Part shown: positions 14,363-26,075 of the stretch, piece after piece
Layout of the letters: every line of letters begins with the position of its first letter
How positions within the stretch are numbered: position 1 is the first letter of the stretch
Assembly (NCBI GenBank): GCA_038087875.1
Contig: CM075988.1
Span: forward strand, 12,774,001 to 12,838,000
DNA: 64,000 bases
Direction of reading: 5' to 3'
From: Malacoraja senta
Lineage: Eukaryota
The notes under the pieces: generated by a model
Databases searched by the model: none
What the model saw: only the letters and a program-made list of their open reading frames with translations
Told to the model about the DNA's origin: nothing
Position numbers and translations under genes: made by a program

Positions 14363-14582
14363 GTAGACAAAAGTGCTGGAGAAACTCAGCGGATGCGGCA
14401 GCATCTATGGAGCGAAGGAAATAGGCAAAGTTTCGGGCCGAAACCCTTCTTCAGACTGATGGGTTTCGGCCTGAAATGTTGCCTATTTCCTTCGCCCCAT
14501 AGATGCTGCTGCACCCGCTGAGTTTCTCCAGCACTTTTGTCTACCTTCGACTTTCCAGCATCTGCAGTTCCTTCTTGAACAT
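14363..14582. repeat. Penelope-derived fold-back (palindromic) repeat
   Basis: gtagacaaaagtgctggagaaactcagcgg...ccgctgagtttctccagcacttttgtctac, ~90-bp arms. Confidence 0.85.
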
Positions 14583-15917
14583 AATATATGAATGCTTCAT
14601 TGAGCATAATTCCGACTGGTAACTACGCACTTCATCCAAGCACATTATCGCACGCGTCATGCAAACCGTCTTAAATGACCACCTAAACTGTCATTTGGCA
14701 ACCTAAAAAGCTGTCAAGGTTGCCCGGCTGGCAACAGAGAAAAAAAGTTAAGTGAGAGCCCTGAATGGCCTCCTGTGCCATAAGGAAACATGGAATATCA
14801 CATCCTTTAGGCCAAATGGCAAATAGTATAATCAGAATTGAAGTCAAATCCAGAAACTTGTGGTACAATGCTATTGATTTATATTTCAGTGACAAACGCC
14901 AGATTATATTGATGGAATTGATTCTGATCTCATCTCCAAAGAATACTTTCCAGAATTTTTTTCCCTTAAATTTGTCCATTAACTATAAAAGTAAATTGAG
15001 CACAGCAGCCGATCCATGAAATGCCGACAACTCTCTCTTTATCTATCTTTTCTTTCAATTGTGCAGTAAATTGTAATGCTTGATCCATGCATAGATCAAA
15101 TGCCTGGCTCTCCAGTGAACCAAATTGATTCTAATTTACTGCCATTACATAGAACTTCTGAACCAGACATAAAATGGTCAATGCTCATTTGTACTTTCAT
15201 TGTTTACTCCAGCGAGTTTCTTCAGTCTTGGCTGGCATGTCTCAGTCATCTGTCACACATCAACAGTTTAGGCATAGTTGCAGTTTACATTAACTAAATG
15301 CGATGAGGTACAATTATGGCAAATTATATGTCTGCAACAGAAAACACAAGCAAAGTTCTTTTTCAAGGATAAATTGGTTTTATAAGTGGAGTATATTGAC
15401 AGTGTGTCCAATCTTCAGACAGGGAGCGTAATGTGATTATCAACCATTTTCTCTTCCCCAAAGGCTTGGAGAATGTCTGTAATTTTTTTTAGAAATGTTG
15501 GTTGCTCTGATATATTTATCGGCAAGAATTAAATCATAAGCTGTATGCATGCATTTTATTCACTTTAGAAGTATTTTGTTACGGTGTTTGCTTGAGGTTT
15601 AGGTAAAAGACTTGCAGTTTGAAGCAGGAGAGTTGATTGACATTCAGAGCCTTTACCCCAGGATGGAAAAATCTAATTCTACAGGGTATAGATTTAAGAT
15701 GAGAGGGGCAAAGTTTAAGGGAGATGTACACATATTTAAAAACAGAGGGTGGTGAGTGCTTGAAGCATACTGTCTATACAGTGGTGGTTGAGATTGATAC
15801 GACATATGGATATGCAAGGAATGGAGGGATCTGGATTATGTGCAGGCAGATAAGGGTTGGGCTTGGCACCATATTCAGCACGGATGTTGTGGGCTGAAGG
15901 GGCTGTTTAATTTGGTT

Positions 15918-16230
15918 TGGTTTTAGTTTAGAGAAACAGGGCCTTCGGCCCACCGAGTCCACGCTGACCAGTGTTCGCCACACATTAACACTATCCTACA
16001 CACACTACGGGCAATTTACACGTATACCAAGCCAATTTACAGTGCCTACATACCTGTACGTCTTTGGAGTGTGGGGGGGAACTGAAGATCTCGGAGAAAA
16101 CCCACGGGGTCACGGGGGGGACGTACAAAACTCCGTACAGACAGCACCCGTAGTTGTGATGGAACCTGGGTCTCTGGTGCTGCAAGTGCTGAAAGGCAGC
16201 GACTCTACCGCTGTGCCATCGTGCCGCCCT
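15918..16230 (-). mobile_element. HE1-type V-SINE (tRNA-derived head, CR1-derived tail)
   Basis: Minus strand gggcggcacgatggcacagcggtagag (A box), ggttccatc (B box-like), V-domain gtgggttttctcc, tail ctaaactaaa. Confidence 0.8.
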
Positions 16231-18789
16231 TCTTGTGTTGTACTGTTCGATCTCAAGGAACATCCATGGGTGGAGATTTGGGAGCAGCAGTTCTTAATTA
16301 TAAGCTTCTGCTCTTTCTCCTGTAACTGTTCTGTAAATGAACTGGGTAAGAAACAACAGCAGCATCCTCACACGGTGGGATAAAGGAGAAATGCCAGGGC
16401 ACCACTTGGAACATATTAGCAACACTCACCTTCAACAGTAATAAACTTGCCCAGGTCTGTGATGTTGAACACTTACTCCATGTTATTGTGGCAGATTAAG
16501 GTACGTTATTGAAACGCATGTTATTTTCTCGCTATGGAGATGGACATTGTCAATGAGAATTTATTTTGTGTACGTATACTCAACATTTGCAGGAATTGTT
16601 CTTGTATTTCAGCTGAATCAAAGTGGTAGTTGATGAAATACTTTATGAATAGTTTTCAAATTACTTCATTATCATTGGTGATTCATTATTTTTCAGAGAG
16701 CAGTCCTTTTTTCTTCGGCTGATGCTTGTTTGTGCCTTCCTACTAACCTGTATATTTTCTGCAGCCTGCTGAACACTTGTTAGAGCCAGGTTGTAAATTG
16801 CATTTGAATCCTTGCTTGAGTTGGCTGATGGCCTTTTGGACTGAATCCCTGTAGCAAATTGTACATTATTATATCACTCCTTAACGCCAGCCCTGGGTCT
16901 CCCTGTGCTATTCAGTGGATATTGCCTTAGTCTCCCAGCAACCACCCAGCCATTCTTTCTGGCCCTTAAAATAATATTGACTGTAAATTGAATGTATCAT
17001 AGCAACTGTCAGGGTAATGAGCATTAATGCACTTGATTCAGTATCTGTGGTCACAAACTAGCTACGCACTGACAGACCAGAACATTTTTTCCATTCATGT
17101 AAGGGATTACATTGAGTATGGGGACATGTATGGCCAGTTATGTATCATCAGTAATGCTTTACACTTCTGGGAGCCCTGCAGCGCATTGCTCCGCTCTTCC
17201 TGGAAAATGGATACATTTGCACCACAAGCAAACAAGGTATTTCCCCCTGTTCTGTGTAACTATACTGCAGGTGCAGATGTTTCAACTATCATTCTTTCTG
17301 CATCTTGGGATAACATTGACAAAGCTCTGTGCTTGAGGTTAGTTTGACTACAACCAATTGCGTTTTCCACACATTTGAAGTGGTTTTATTGTTTCTGGCT
17401 GCAAGACCATGGAAAGTTTAGACCTCCTTTGGACAAGTAAAGTTTTGTTCGGTGTGGACGGATACAAACGCTTAGATTTACATATATGTTTGGAGGTTTA
17501 AGGATCGGAGTGCTTTTGTCTCCTGAGGAACTAAAGCGATGCTGACTTAACCGTGTGATGTGCTTCTCCCTTTGATTTTCCTCTTTCTACAAATAGAGAC
17601 ATGTTCAGAAGTATGCTCATAACTCCTAACTGTGCCGCCTGCAGAAATAGGCAAGGATAACGGAGCATGTGCAGCTTGAAGAATGTCTAGTTAGGACCAA
17701 ATGGGTTTTGCACTAAAACGCATTGTTTCACTTCTTTTCTCTCACAATAGCAAATGATGTGGTAGCAGTGAATAACAAATAGTTTTGCATAAATCAGCAA
17801 GATAGTAAGATGTCTTTAATGAGAAAAACACAACTTGAGGTCCAGACTCTCTGCCCAGCTATTGTTTCATTCACTGATTGAACATCTGAAACCCTATTGA
17901 AGTGCTGAGACCACAGTGTGACTCATTGCCATCTTTTGCATCCTTTTAGGACATAATGAGCCTAAAAAGCAACACAGGTTTGTCGGATATAGGATCTTGC
18001 AAACCAGAAGGAGACTGTTTTGCCCGTCTTGCCTGTGGGGCAGCATTCTGAAAATTACCCATTAATCCTCCTCCCCTGCTGTTATTCCACAACCCTGAAA
18101 ATTGTCCCATTTTGAGTAGAAAATATCGAATTCTCTTTCAAATTTTCCATTGCAATTACTTTCTATTCCCTTGCTTTTCTATCCTAGCCAATTACATATG
18201 TAAATCACCATCAGCATTGATTATCAAGTGCTTCTATTTCCAAATGTTTGTACACAATGCTTTATCTTGAAAGGTTGTTCACACAATATCTACAATCACA
18301 ACCTTTATCAGCCTTCTCTGTAAATTCTTTAAAGAACTCTATTGGCAATCGGGCATTTCTTTTAACAAAAGCATGTTGATTATCTCCCGTTATTCCTTGG
18401 TATTTGGCCTGAGAATTAAATTTGTCCTTGATGCTGGTATTCAATAGGTGATGCATGATTGATGCTTGGCTGATTAATCTACGGTTTCCAAGCATAGACC
18501 TATCTAATATTGTGAAGACTAATATTTGCAGTACCATTTGCATTGCTTCTGCACTGAATTGTTTCTGATGCAAGATAGACACAAAATGCTGGAGTAACTA
18601 AGCGGGACAGGCAGCATCTCTGGAGAGAAGGAATGGGTGACGATTCGGGTCGAGACCCTTCTTCAGATGTTCCTGATGCAGCCTGACTCACTGAGTTCTT
18701 TTGTTATCCTGCATCTGCAGTTCTTTGTTTTGATAATCACTGAAAGGATTATGCCATGAGATTGTGCATCTTCACATCAGTCAAATAGT

Positions 18790-18821
18790 CTGAGGAAGGG
18801 TTCAGACCCGAAACGTCACCC
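18790..18821 (+). ncRNA. Minimal hammerhead ribozyme core motif (representative copy)
   Basis: CTGAGGA-A-GGGT(TCAG)ACCC-GAAAC-GTC-ACCC: CUGANGA box, stem II, GAAA box, GUC cleavage triplet. Activity not shown. Confidence 0.55.
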
Positions 18822-19760
18822 ATCGTTTTTCTCCAGAGATGCTGCCTAACCCACTGAGTTATGCCAGCACTTTGTGTCTATCTTCACGTCAGTCAGAATC
18901 CCATACAGACCGAGTAATGTGCCACATTGTGTGATTGCCATACTTCTCTCTATTTTTATTCTATCTCTGTTCTCTGCTCTATTAGTCCTTTGTTGGCTTG
19001 TTACGCTACTTGTGTCTCTCCAGATGACTTGCCACTGCTATAATTCAGTAGATTCTGAGGTGACTGGTGTACTATGCAGGATGCAGAGACTCTGCCGCAG
19101 TAAGGCACGTGGTATTTCACAAGATGGACGGGTTGCGTTGTGTATGATGCCGTGCACCACTACACCTCCCCAACTCCATGACTTGTAATTGATCTCCACA
19201 TCTTCCCTTGTCAAAACCTGATGAGTTCAGTGCTTTCCTATGTTCCTCCACTTTGGCATATCATGCAGACACAACGAACTGCAGATACTGTAGGAAGGAA
19301 CTGCAGATGATATTTTTTACCAAAGACGGACACAAAATGTTGGAGTAGCTCAGCGGGTCAGGCAGTATCTCTGCAGAAAAAGAATAGGTATTGTTTTGGA
19401 TTGGAACAGTGCTGGGGTAACTCAGTAGGCCAGACAGCATCTCTGGAGAACATGGACAGGTGAAGTCACCTGTCCATGGTCGACTGTGATGCTGCCTGAA
19501 CCGTTGAGTTAAACCAGCACATTGTGTCATTTGACTAGGAACTCCTACCAGTCAGTTGGGCTTTGAGAACAGGCTTGAAGCATATTCCCAGTCATGGAGC
19601 TGAGAGTTCAGTGTTTGTCTCGGGTGCCTGGCGTTGACCAAACTGGTGGCATGGCCCACCCACAGAATGATCGAGGGCACAGAGGAACTCTGCTGGCCAT
19701 TGAAGGGACACTGCCATGGGCTCACTACCATTGTAATGCGCTGTGAGGACATGAGATTAA

Positions 19761-20430
19761 AGGGCCATCCCACATACGTGTCCTTGGCACGCAAATTGCG
19801 CGACCTCGTGGTCGCGTTGAGCCGCGATAGTCTGGCGAAGGTCGGGCACGTGGAGCGTGTGACGTCATTTGAAGATGGACGCAAAGCTGGAGTAACTCAG
19901 AGGGACCGGCAGCATCTCTGGAGAGAAGCAATGGGTGATGTTTCGGGTAGAGACTCTTCTTCAGCCTGAAAAGAAGGGTCTTGACCCGAAACGTCACCCA
20001 TTGCTTCTCTCCAGAGATGCTGCCGGTCCCTCTGAGTTACTCCTGCATTTTGTGTCCATCTTCAATTTTCATGGCCCCGCTCTGGGGGTAGAAGTGGGGG
20101 CGGATTCGGACCGCAACGGCCGTGAGCCCCAGGCCGAGTTCGGCGATCGTTTGCCTGCTTCTGCTGCTGTTGAAGGTGAGACTTTGCACCGTGCCAGGGT
20201 CTTGGGGCTGTCCCACTTTGGCCATCAGTTCCGCGACAGGCCGTCGGCGAGCGAAGATTTTGTTCACTACAAACATTTCGGAGCCCCGTGCGATGTCGCG
20301 CACAAATACATACCCCTCCGCGCTTCTCAGTGGGACCGGCCCCGCGTGGCCATACGATGCCCGTACGCCTCAACGCGACCACGAGGTCGCGTAATTTGCA
20401 TGCCAAGGACACGTAAGTGGGACAGGCCCT
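19761..20430. mobile_element. PIF/Harbinger-type MITE with long TIRs, TAA TSD
   Basis: taa|AGGGCCATCCCACATACGTGTCCTTGGCA...TGCCAAGGACACGTAAGTGGGACAGGCCCT|taa; ~60-bp inverted arms. Confidence 0.8.
19871..20064. repeat. Penelope-derived fold-back repeat nested in the Harbinger MITE
   Basis: Inverted arms meeting at cttcttcagcctgaaaagaag. Confidence 0.85.
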
Positions 20431-21266
20431 TAACTCATTCCGCCTCCCCTTCATTGCCTCCACACAAAGACATTTATTTTTGCCCTGATCATCCTCGCTG
20501 CTCCATGAATTATGTTTTACATGTTTAAAATGATGATTGGGTTCTGTTTTATGTTATTCACTAATCGTCTTGATGCATTTTAAAATCCTATTTCAATTTC
20601 CCTCTGTGGTCATTGGTCTGTCTGCGTTTCAAATGCATTCTTTATTTCCTCACACATCTCTTCTTTTCTGTTTTATTTTAACATTAATTTCCTTTGTCAT
20701 CCTGACTGCAGTAATATTGCTCCTTGTGGAGAATGCTTGGTGAATATGTGAAGTATTTCCACCCTGAAGGGCTGCCTTGCTCTTCCACTGTTCCTCTCTC
20801 CATTTGTTTTAATCATTTATATTTACTTTATTGCAACCGCATATTTCCATCTTTGATTTTCCTTTTGTTGGGCTGCGTGACTATTTTATTTATATTTAAA
20901 TTTTTTATTAGAGGTGTCTGCATATCATAGTCCAACCCATTACAAACTTTGTATAACGATTACATATTACGGCTGCGCGACTATTTTAAACCAAGCTTTT
21001 GCATGATTATTATTACCCAGATTCCACCCACTGCACTGGCCCCCTCTCACTAAGTTTTTAAAAAAGCCTCCCTTCAAATTTTGACATTTATTTCAGCTCT
21101 GTGACCATGGATTATTGACCCGTCTGTGAGCAGAAAATGATTTTCCAGATCTTCTTTAACAAAGCCTTTCGTAATTTTGAGCACCACTTAACCCGAAGGA
21201 GTTGAATACTAGATTTTATAGATAACTGCAAATCTTAATGCCTGCGTCTACCTGCATAAATCCCAT

Positions 21267-21480
21267 TGTAGGAAAGAACTGCAGATGCTGGTTTAAACAC
21301 AAGATAAACACAAAATGCTGGAGTAACTCAGTGGGGCAGGCAGCATCTCTGGAGAGAAGGAACGGGTGACGTTTCGGCTCGAGACCCTTCTTCAGTCCGA
21401 AGAAGGGTCTCAAGCTGAAACGTCACCCGTTCCTTCTCTCCAGAGATGCTGCCTGTTCTGCTGAGTAACTCCAGCATTTT
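21267..21480. repeat. Penelope-derived fold-back repeat
   Basis: aaaatgctggagtaactcag...cttcttcagtccgaagaaggg...ctgagtaactccagcatttt. Confidence 0.85.
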
Positions 21481-22224
21481 AAACCCCATTGTACTTTATT
21501 GGACATATTTGCATATTATGCACAGCACATCATGTGGGGTTTACGTTTAAGAGAAGGGCAAAGGGGTGAAGATCAGTTTCCAAATATTAGGAGCACTGCG
21601 GCTAGAGAAAATTTCAGCATGGCATACAGTAAGCGTGGACGTGAAGGACTGAAATAACAGCTTAAAAGGTAAAGGCTACACACGCAAAGGGGTTTTACTT
21701 GTTTTTATGTGTCCGTGTGTTGCATTTATTTTTCAATTTTCTTAATTGCAGTTACAACCAAGGGATATTGTTAATATAGAAAGCAAACATTACAGGAGCA
21801 CTTGTCATTGTAAAGAGCCAGCACTTTATTTTGAACATCCTCTCCAGAGAGACTCTGATGTTCAATTAGTCGAGTAGAACTCAATTTGTATCTTCCTGCA
21901 GTGAACAGTTGCCTCCAATATTTCTACGGGGGCTTGGAGAATTGCCCAAAAGTAATATCAAAACACCGGCTCCAATTTAAATTTCACACTTCACAATTTG
22001 CCTACACATATTAAAATACTTTAGCAGTGGAAGGTAACAAAGGAAATGTAACCAACTGTTTGTGCATCTTGACAGCCAGTTCAATGTAGCCATCTGACTC
22101 GCATGATTTAGTTCTCCGTTAATGATTTTTTTTTAAACATCGAGATTAATTATCATGCAACAGAATTTGGGAGGAACATCGGAAACGGAGGCAGGAGTAG
22201 ACCAGTCACCACACAAATTAGCAG

Positions 22225-22510
22225 AGTGCTGCCTCATAGCTCCTGTGACCTGGGTTCAATCCTGACCTTGGTTGCCGTCCTTGTAGAGTTTGCACGATCT
22301 CCCAGTGACTGCGTGGATTTCATCCAGTCATTCTGGTTTCCACCCACATGCAAAAAACATTGGGTTAATTGGCCAATCTCCATTATCTCCAGCATGTTGA
22401 TAAGATATGGAATCTGAGGGGAATTCATAGGAATGTAGGGAGGAGAGAATGGGATTAGTGTCAATGGGTGTTTGATAGTTGACATGAGTGGAGGGACTGT
22501 GATAATATGA
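22225..22510 (+). mobile_element. Older HE1-type SINE
   Basis: gctgcctcatagctcc..gacctgggttcaatcctgacc...gtgactgcgtggatttc. Confidence 0.65.
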
Positions 22511-23844
22511 TGACTATGAATCATTCTTCTAAAATCAAGGATTTATCAGCCAAAGATCTGGATCCAGATAGGTCCTCCTGTGACAGACACTTAACTTATT
22601 TCAACCAATGTGTATCGAAGGCACATCAACAGAGGAGCAATCCTTCAACATTGCAGTGAAATGTCAGTCGAGATTTTGTGCAATATTCTGCCTTTGTATT
22701 CTCTCTTTGTACAACATTTATTGAGGACCTTTTGTGATTCCAGAAATCCAGAGTATTCCATCTGAAGTTCTGGAATCACAAAAGGTCCTCAATACATATA
22801 GTAGAGCTTTCATTGCAAAGTTGGGGAATGTGACAGTCAATTTGTTCACAATAAGACTCCACAAACAATAACAGGGAGAGCAGTTTTGAATGACTTTGGT
22901 TGTGTGATGCTTCTGTTCACTTTGAACAGTATCATGGAGACATTTACATCCTGATATCCTGCTCTTGGATATTTCGATAAGGGAACACACAGGCCTGCGG
23001 CAAAGGTTAGTTCCACAAAACAAAGAAGAAAAGATTCTCAGACCCTCTCACAGTCTACTTGAAATAAATGCAACGTTCCTGCTAACTCCCATGAATTTGA
23101 CGCTCACAACCACATGAAAAGGGGAAGAAGTATTCAGGATGGTGTTGAGTTGCTGACATCTATGCATCAGGAGCACATGGAAGCCCAGCAGAAGTGAAAG
23201 AAACCTCACATCCACTCAACTGTCCCATTTAATGCCAACTACCCATCAGTGGTCAAGGATCCCAGATCAGTCAACTTCAGATCCACAAAAGTGGAGTGGG
23301 AGCAAGTCTCTACTGTCCCAAAAGACTTTTATGTTGAAGCATTTAGGCAGATATTAAATTTGCTTGGAAGGAGTGAAGAGAAGTGAGTAAATGCATGTTG
23401 CTTAAGCTGGAGGGAAGTGGAAAAGCATGTCCCACAAGTATCAAGCATTGGGATCACTGCTGTCAACTGCATTGATAATTGGAACTGAAGAACAATTAAC
23501 ACCATATCAATATTTACAGAGGATATTGGAGATCATTGCAAACACTAATGAAGACAGCAAATAATACAACAACAAAAACAGATCCAAAATGGGGAGTTTG
23601 AGTAGTTAAACAGCAAATGAGCTTTAACATAGATAATTATTAGATGCTACGCTGGCTGCAGAACAAAAAATATCTGCAACATCTTTGAAAATAATAAACC
23701 ACTGGTGCAGAATTGCAAAGTAAATGAGTGAAGGAGGCAAACAGCATTGTGTGTAAGTCAAGCATTAATTCCAGTGGCATAGGACTTTAAAATATTTAAG
23801 TTAAATTATGGAACCCGGTTAGCTCAGACATATTGGATTTTTGT

Positions 23845-24137
23845 CTAGTTTAGAGATACAGCGCAGAAACAGGCCCTTCAAACCACCGAGTCCGCACCGA
23901 CCAGCGATTCCTGCACACTAACGCTATCCTACACACACTCAGGACAATTTACAATTTTACCAAGCCAATTAACCCACAAACCTAAACGTCTTTGAGGTGT
24001 GGGAGGACACTAGAGATAGCGGAGAAAACCCATGCAGGACACGCGCAGAACGTACAAACTCTGTACCGACAGCACCCGTAGTCAGGATCGAACTCAGGTC
24101 TCTGACATTGTAAAGCAGCAGCTCGACCCCTGCACCA
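23845..24137 (-). mobile_element. HE1-type V-SINE
   Basis: Same family as 15918-16230. Confidence 0.8.
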
Positions 24138-24139
24138 AG

Positions 24140-24650
24140 ATCATAGTCATAAAGGATTCAAGTTATACAGCATAGGAACAGACCCTTCGGCCTATTGTTC
24201 TATGCTGTCCATCACGTACCTATGCATAAGAAGCTAATTTACCAGCACATGGCCCATAGTCTTCACTGCCTTGGCGATTCAAGTGCTTATCTAGATGCTT
24301 CCTAACTGTTGCAAAAGAACCTGCACCATTTACTCAGGCAGCATGTCTTGGATTTCAGCCTCGTTCTGAGTGAAAATGCTCCACCTCAGATCCCCTCTAA
24401 TCTTACCCTGATCTATGCCCTCTACTTTGAGACACTTCTACTACAATGTTGTATGCCTCTATCAAAGGGCTCTTAAATGGCACTAACTTATCTGCCTCAA
24501 CCACTAGTCTGCTCCAAGGAAAATAAACCCAGTTTATTGAGTCCCTCCTCAGCACTGAAGCAATCTAACCCAGGCACCCTCCAAGCAAACCTCCCCCACG
24601 CCCTCTCTGGAGCAATTACATCCTTCCTAAAATATGGTGAGCAGAACCGT
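24140..24650 (-). mobile_element. CR1 LINE 3' fragment
   Basis: Minus ORF VRFCSPYFRKDVIAPERAWGRF...LGLFSLEQ. Confidence 0.75.
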
Positions 24651-25116
24651 ACTTTCTCTGTGCCATTATCAAAACTCTGCAGGTCAAGCAGCATCTGTGG
24701 AAAGAGAAGCAGTTAACATATCAGGTTGAAGACCCTTCATCAGAACTGAGAGAGACTTTCTAGACCAACTCGCTGGACTACTTTGGATTTTGTTTTTCTC
24801 GGAGATCTTGATTCTGCCACCATCTCGGGAATGGAGAGGGTCACCTCATGGTGTGGATAATGCATCTCACCCCAGCATCACCTTTGAGAACTAATGCTCT
24901 CGCAGCACTGCTTTACCCTTTTTATAAAAATGCAAAAATATTTAACACTGTTGCATTTGATTTAAGTTATTTACAAAAAGGAAATGTTAATATATGGCAC
25001 TGCTAGATGTGCCATCTATTTCGGATATAAAGTGGAGGGATCAAGTACAATGTGTATAGACACAAAAAGCTGGAGTAACTCAGCGGGACAGGCAGCATCT
25101 CTGGAGAGAAGGAATG

Positions 25117-25147
25117 GGTGACGTTTCGGGTCGAGACCCTTCTTCAG
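25117..25147 (-). ncRNA. Minimal hammerhead ribozyme core motif (representative minus-strand copy; identical core at 27856-27886)
   Basis: Reverse complement reads CTGAAGA-A-GGGT(CTCG)ACCC-GAAAC-GTC-ACC. Confidence 0.55.
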
Positions 25148-25536
25148 TGTAGAATGTGTAACTGGTCCCTTGGCTCAGTACGTTGGAGAATTCAATGAAC
25201 GAAGCATGGACTATTGACAAAGGTTCATGTAATCCCACATAACGCGACTCAGTTCTGACTCCATTCTATTAAAGGACAAAGAAACACGAGAAAAAGCATT
25301 AACAGCGTACAGAGACCTTACCAGAATGAAAGGATTATAACAACTGGCAAGCATCTAACAGTTGGAGATTTATTTTGTCAATACAGATTTTGAGATGTCC
25401 TGCTGTACGTCTTTGATGTTATTGACACGTTGAACAGGATAAACATGGAGAGAACATTTCCATGTGGAAAAACCCAAAGCTAAGGCCTATAAATACACAG
25501 GTACAAGTAAATCCACGGGGAAATGGGAAGAAATAT

Positions 25537-26075
25537 CATAGATCATAGAAAATAGGTGCTGGAGGAGGCCATTCGGACCTTCAAGCCAGCACCAACATTC
25601 ATTGTGATCATGGCTGCTCATCCACAATCAGTAACCCTTGCCTGCCTTCTCCCCATACTCCTTGATTCCACTAGCCCCAAGAGCTCTGTGGCAGAGAATT
25701 CAACAAATTCACAACTCTCTGGGTGAAAACGATTTTTCTCATCTCAGTTTTAAATGGCATCCCCTTTATTCTTAGACTGTGCCCCCTGGTTCTGGATTCC
25801 CCCAACATTGGGAACATGTTTCCTGCATCTAGCTTGTCCAGTCCTTTTATAATTTTATATGTTTCTATAAGATTCCCTTGCATCCTTCTAAATTCCAGTG
25901 AATACAAGCCCAGTCGTTCCAATCTTTCCTCATATGACAGTCCCGCCATCCCGGGGATTAACCACGTGAACCTACGCTGCACTCCCTAAACAGCAAGGAT
26001 GTCCTTCCTCAAATTAGGAGAGCAAAACTGCACACAATACTCCTGTTGTCGTCTCACCAGGGCCCTGTACAACTT
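25537..26075 (-). mobile_element. CR1/HER1 LINE 3' fragment
   Basis: ORF 25671-25982 QRRFTWLIPGMAGLSYEERLERLGLYSLEFRR. Confidence 0.88.

Larger units (their letters stand above)
11947..14763. mobile_element. Non-autonomous hAT-like (hAT5-type) DNA transposon with 5-bp TSD
   Basis: Termini CAGGGCTCGAAATTA ... TTAAGTGAGAGCCCTG; subterminal ggcaacc/ggttgcc repeats at both ends; AATGG duplicated at 11942-11946 and 14764-14768; no transposase ORF. Confidence 0.75.

Noticed and set aside
14830..15360. Repeat-free AT-rich stretches (also ~17430-17760) as possible conserved enhancers
   Set aside because: Cannot be supported without cross-species alignment.
19935..20528. 197-aa ORF and neighbours
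   Set aside because: Spans a fold-back repeat and MITE interior; no transposase motifs.
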